DNA of 64,000 nucleotides from Escherichia phage vB_EcoM_EC001: sequence record MN445185.1; one strand, 5' to 3'. Shown piece by piece: positions 60,701 to 64,000 of this stretch (position 1 is its first letter; each line of letters starts with the position of its first letter). The notes under the pieces were generated by a model. It saw only the letters and a program-made list of their open reading frames with translations, ran no database searches and was not told where the DNA came from. The position numbers and the translations under genes were made by a program.

Positions 60701-61485
60701 AGACGCAGGATACTTGTCCCACCGTTTGCGTAACAGAGCATCCAATCGATCAACTCGCCTGGGTTTAACGTTGTTTCCGGTGGAATGCTCGGTAAACGGT
60801 ATTTTACCGCTAACGAATACGCATCGAATGTCGTATTCTGGTAAGATAACGAATAACGACGACGTGACGCGTTATACGTGTAGCCGCCAGTACCGTCGTA
60901 CGTCGCATACTGCTCGGATGTGATAAGCGTGACGCCGGCGCGATATTGAAGGTCTAACGTGTTACGAGCAATCGGGTCAACGCGACTGATCGCTTCACCG
61001 AGCTTAGCACCAACCGCAACAATGGCTTCCATCAACTCAGATTCGCCACGCCAGTTTTCCCAATCGAACTTAATATCGACCGGTGGGAAATATAAATCCC
61101 CAATGACATTATCCCATTGGCAGTCTACGGGATAGCGATCTTTATTCGCTTCTCGTTCTGCGGCGATCATTTCTGCAGTGGCTTCACCGATACCAATTGC
61201 ATGGTAATCGAGTGTAAAGCCACTCTGATATTTCGGGTTGGTAATCCACACGCCGCCGTGACAAACATGGCCAGTGCGTGCCATGCCCGTAACGTACGCA
61301 TGGGTGATGACGTAATCATCACCTAATGTTAATTTCTTGCCGCCACTCTTGACCACCAGGGATGTGGTATAAAAGGGGGCGTGTGCGGGGAACAGCATCC
61401 GGTACTTAGTACCGATCGGCGTTACCGCTTCACCGGTCTGCATATTCCCCGGTTCTTGATAGTGCGGGTCAGGGACGACAGCCAT
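57772..61485 (-). CDS. Giant tail-fibre-like structural protein (1237 aa)
   Basis: AAGGAG SD; N-domain with PFY..GDDYVITHAY. Confidence 0.75.
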   Translation of the reverse strand: MAVVPDPHYQEPGNMQTGEAVTPIGTKYRMLFPAHAPFYTTSLVVKSGGKKLTLGDDYVITHAYVTGMARTGHVCHGGVWITNPKYQSGFTLDYHAIGIGEATAEMIAAEREANKDRYPVDCQWDNVIGDLYFPPVDIKFDWENWRGESELMEAIVAVGAKLGEAISRVDPIARNTLDLQYRAGVTLITSEQYATYDGTGGYTYNASRRRYSLSYQNTTFDAYSLAVKYRLPSIPPETTLNPGELIDWMLCYANGGTSILRLQLKQRAIYLTLTTAIGSGSSNYSYTLTTGLTDTELAGDIELSVVRREGNGVYDIIVKTSKQTVNYSFNVDNPPSEFAPGYQKTDVAKWLKFKSGVNLNWWAGENDYVQIRSLPGAPAPDVNNDVYQLLVKYHQIVDKLYRDAPAHAHVPRKDNPHRDSWGAIRALENNGIASDATLVYGKTQPQLTDYVNNLLPKLSTLANKLLRLPAAAQSINGTFGMKPGLTSITSAVGTDESEGVGAQFTVDPRVIRFIGRDSQTVNAGNNPITWQGGANQLILYPDSRGLEFNGKKLLDPTTVGPYLPGNESGGDGLFYGTSTATVTINGNGIQSVPFICTFVPPESDDLGLMAVRLLATEFGDREDLAATPALIKKLDQQFTGKLVAVKSYINDMPLTSSIYIDKTNFGLSNVQNIPDVQLPISPLQQAELDKYAVVGHKHTSAAFGIKRATTTEFGLVQFGTVVDDATLALDGGVVIRQADAITEIEKVAKTVDSGASINIIRYGLPGTDIIENGITYTDWMVTIKANDYFVGREYKVPLSTFNLAELFPATHEDAEFGVYVDAAGDDGKYIIYENPNTAETETMTKIGSIITSETGVVFVEIRNVTRLGEFRELGEHIEDDNAHIRRSMTQAEFGFTYGTGGPVWSTGAPGTKRIDADWRYAQASSYTPMLKADYDPAADKWTFKTTSLSVTDYRFVHNTFPMFQNNGITATWTPLTATADSVLETVIGCCHHSATFMHRISVLVARTAGRITTPGGVSTYAGIAVNYGRAAQVVIGLNGVTGSGHDWTALNPSVRFSHTRTADGISFEGTINIDSKTINFELTLTATTKTLRYTLQSTGESWTEDLSTRLRPDYIDLTKLITDPSTPIYHGAGGLFSSDTEARLTYANLNTMPIKNRYYATFLDYAINYSGLNRARFFTGVVEAGSTINEMNSAMCNYSYSSFRPVDTGKIPLATHPSKMMTFNPQNTSGRTLIIRD

Positions 61486-61552
61486 TTTACACTCCTTTTC
61501 TCTGAGGGCGTCGAGTTCATACTATGACCCGAATCCTTAGAGGAAACAGCCA

Positions 61553-62815
61553 GTGACTACTGCTTATCAAGTGCGGGCCGACAGCGCTTTTGGCTTCTCT
61601 CGAGACACCCGAACTTGGGGAACCATCGATGTCACGCAGCCCTTAAATACCCTTTGTGCTAACTACCACCTTTTCGAAGTAGGACTAGAAGCACTAGGTG
61701 CTGAATATACCTTCTATAGCCAGTATCACCTGGCTGATTTACAAAACCGTACGGACACGTTGCAAGATTGGTTAAACACCAAGTCAGGAATCGCGATTCC
61801 AACGCTTGGGAAGGGCCTACCGAAGCTCGAATTCGTTGAGGCACACTACCAGTCTATTAATGCAGATGTGCCCGTAGAAACGCACCTGTGCCCTCCTGGT
61901 TACCATTACACTCAGGACTTCAATCCCGATGATGCACACGACGTTGTTGTAGTCTGCGACGATGAGTGGAAAGAGAAATACCGTACCGGGGTACTGTACA
62001 ACATCAACGGTCAATGGGTACCTCACCAATCTGACCCAGTGGGTGTTCGCTTAACCGGCGCTGGTAACATCGTGCGGCGTGCCAATACGCCAGACATTGG
62101 CTGTCTGGTGATGGCAAACATCGGTAAAGTAAAGACCTACCCCATATCCGGTTTAACGATGAACAAACTCGATACTACGCGAGATTACTATTCTTCGTTA
62201 ATGTTGACCTTACCCGATTCCATTACAGGGAAAACCGTTGGGTTCGTCATCGGGGGTATTCTGCATTGGTTGCCACCGCAGGGCTATTTCAGCGACCGTG
62301 CGATTATGCTGAGTCTGCCAAACCTTAGCGTGGCGAAGATTGTATTGGAAACCCGTCGCTATTACGATTGGGACGCCATCGGTGTAGGTGATTTAAGTAC
62401 GCCTACGTCCGTTCAACGTATTCGTAACTCAGAAACGTTAAAAGCGCTGCTGACGCACGAATCCTCGTTTATCTTTACGATAGACAACCCGTATCTCGAA
62501 AAAGAGATTCACGGAATAAGCCACAACGCTATCTGGGGCCGGTTCTATTTAAAAGACCCGACTGACCCAGATGGGAAGAAGACGCTAGGTCCTATCTTTA
62601 ACCGTATTGGTAAATGTGTAGGGTACTGGCCGACCTGGGAAGAAGGGGAGTGGGTCTTTAATACCACATTCTTCGACCGGGAAAACTTTTTGTTGGGGAA
62701 CGCGCGTTGGTATAACCAGAATTTGGTAAACGACGCGCAGGCAATCGTCGGGCCTTTCGGGGCTTGGGGTAAGCCGTTTGTTGAAATGCATCGCTACAAA
62801 GCACGAAAAAAATAA
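61553..62815 (+). CDS. Hypothetical protein, divergent from the fibre operon
   Basis: GTG start with GAGGA SD; ends at a terminator. Confidence 0.6.
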   Translation: MTTAYQVRADSAFGFSRDTRTWGTIDVTQPLNTLCANYHLFEVGLEALGAEYTFYSQYHLADLQNRTDTLQDWLNTKSGIAIPTLGKGLPKLEFVEAHYQSINADVPVETHLCPPGYHYTQDFNPDDAHDVVVVCDDEWKEKYRTGVLYNINGQWVPHQSDPVGVRLTGAGNIVRRANTPDIGCLVMANIGKVKTYPISGLTMNKLDTTRDYYSSLMLTLPDSITGKTVGFVIGGILHWLPPQGYFSDRAIMLSLPNLSVAKIVLETRRYYDWDAIGVGDLSTPTSVQRIRNSETLKALLTHESSFIFTIDNPYLEKEIHGISHNAIWGRFYLKDPTDPDGKKTLGPIFNRIGKCVGYWPTWEEGEWVFNTTFFDRENFLLGNARWYNQNLVNDAQAIVGPFGAWGKPFVEMHRYKARKK

Positions 62816-62823
62816 AAGGTAAA

Positions 62824-62864
62824 CCCTACTCCCGTTGGGAGTAGGGTACCTATATCTTTTTTTT
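62824..62864. terminator. Bidirectional terminator
   Basis: Stem ccctactcc / ggagtaggg with gttg loop; A-run upstream and T-run downstream. Confidence 0.7.
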
Positions 62865-62877
62865 GCCTGCAGGCCGA

Positions 62878-63087
62878 TTACGCGTTTACGTAATAGATGG
62901 CGTTGCCGAACATTTTGTTGTTGCCGCCACAAGCGGTAACTTTAAATGCTACGCCGCCTTCAGCTTCGGCTTTCTTAGCCAGCGCTTCGGTAACTTCGGT
63001 AACGGTGCTCAGTCCAGAAACCTGAACGGTGCCTGCTTCTACCAGACCAGAAACGTCGCTGCCTGCGGTGATTTCACGAATGCTCAT
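62878..63087 (-). CDS. DUF1471 (YhcN/BhsA-like) domain protein without signal peptide
   Basis: LAKKAEAEGGVAFKVTA..GNNKMFGNAIYY resembles the BhsA/YcfR family domain; GGAG SD. Confidence 0.6.
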   Translation of the reverse strand: MSIREITAGSDVSGLVEAGTVQVSGLSTVTEVTEALAKKAEAEGGVAFKVTACGGNNKMFGNAIYYVNA

Positions 63088-63295
63088 TTACTTATCTCCA
63101 TTAACAAATGATAGCAGAAGAACCCTATGTTCAACTACTTGTACTTCGAGGCATATTAACTGCCCCGACTCGTAAATTAGTTGACAATAAACCGGCTTTT
63201 GTGCGAAAAAAGTGGCTAACTGTGCACAAGCGATTCGGGTTATCGTTACAGTTAGGAGGTTTATTGTCACAATATACAGCTCACACGTAATTAAA

Positions 63296-63970
63296 TTAGT
63301 GCGGTGTGCTAGTGTCGTTGCCCGGACCATGGCCAGTATGTACGTGAAGAGTAAAGGTGATGCCGCCGATAACCGATTCGGTAACTGTGAAAGTGCCCTT
63401 ACCTTCACCCTTGCCGTTATAGAGGAAATCTTTACCTACTTCCAGGTTACCGGTAAATAGATTCGTTGGGCATGTGGTCTTCCAGTCTTCAGTCGTCCAT
63501 GCCACGTTTTTCGACGCTGTAGAGTTGCGAGTTTCGCACTTCTCGTTAATCGTTTTTGTCTCGAGATTAATAGAACGTTTAGCATAAATGAAAGCGTCCT
63601 CTTTATTGATATTAATCTTCGACCGGCAGGCGTTTTCAAACCCTAAGTCATCCTCCGGAGAATTGAGGTAGAACTTACGCCCTTCGTCATCCACTAACTG
63701 GCAAAACCCGTCACGGGTATTCAGCTGGAGCAAATACGCGTTTTTCTCACCGTTAGTCATACTGGTACGTAGAGTAATGTGACCATCCATCGGGGAGATA
63801 TTCAGTACGTAGGCGTTAGAGAGGTCATCGGCCATCTGGTTTACTGGGTCAGCAGACCAGGCGTATACCCCATCTTCCAGTCGCTTAACGTTACTGTTGT
63901 TTAAATCTTCCCAGAAGTACATATCGGTTTCACCGATACGCCAGATTCTTACGTAGTCTTCTTTTTTCAC
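63296..63970 (-). CDS. Hypothetical protein (N-terminus may lie beyond the window)
   Basis: 224-aa ORF with protein-like composition. Confidence 0.5.
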   Translation of the reverse strand: MKKEDYVRIWRIGETDMYFWEDLNNSNVKRLEDGVYAWSADPVNQMADDLSNAYVLNISPMDGHITLRTSMTNGEKNAYLLQLNTRDGFCQLVDDEGRKFYLNSPEDDLGFENACRSKININKEDAFIYAKRSINLETKTINEKCETRNSTASKNVAWTTEDWKTTCPTNLFTGNLEVGKDFLYNGKGEGKGTFTVTESVIGGITFTLHVHTGHGPGNDTSTPH

Positions 63971-64000
63971 ATCCGGAGGGTTAACCCGGTTGCTGTTGGA

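Noticed and set aside
63108-63290. Plus-strand 60-aa ORF in the 63.1-63.3 kb spacer
   Set aside because: No RBS; lies in a repeat-rich regulatory spacer between two minus-strand genes
1-64000. Prophage or mobile-element signatures (integrase, transposase, att repeats)
   Set aside because: None seen; gene content and dense unidirectional blocks fit a virulent phage segment

Overview
This window reads as a segment of a virulent tailed dsDNA phage genome (likely enterobacterial); no integrase, transposase, rRNA, tRNA or CRISPR array was seen. Layout: (i) 1-21.5 kb, about 45 tightly packed plus-strand small genes with SD-like sites and UUCG-tetraloop terminators, including a P-loop kinase, an HTH regulator, a GNAT acetyltransferase, a Dam-type methyltransferase, a truncated HslU-like fragment and a DUF488-like protein; (ii) 21.6-38.1 kb, a modular family of about 15 paralogous genes sharing an N-terminal domain, probably fibre or receptor-binding proteins, including a duplicated three-gene module; (iii) 38.2-40.3 kb, a lysis-like module with a GH108 muramidase and an M15 peptidase; (iv) a divergently transcribed lipoprotein; (v) 41.7-61.5 kb, a minus-strand operon of four large fibre-like proteins followed by the most unusual feature, three hyper-cysteine-rich leader-plus-core peptides with two radical SAM enzymes carrying SPASM/twitch-like Cys clusters, which looks like a phage-encoded RiPP-like or crosslinking system. 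A perfect 270-bp tandem duplication also lies inside the gene at 1738-2664. All calls come from reading the ORF translations and sequence by eye; no database search was run, so family assignments are motif-based.
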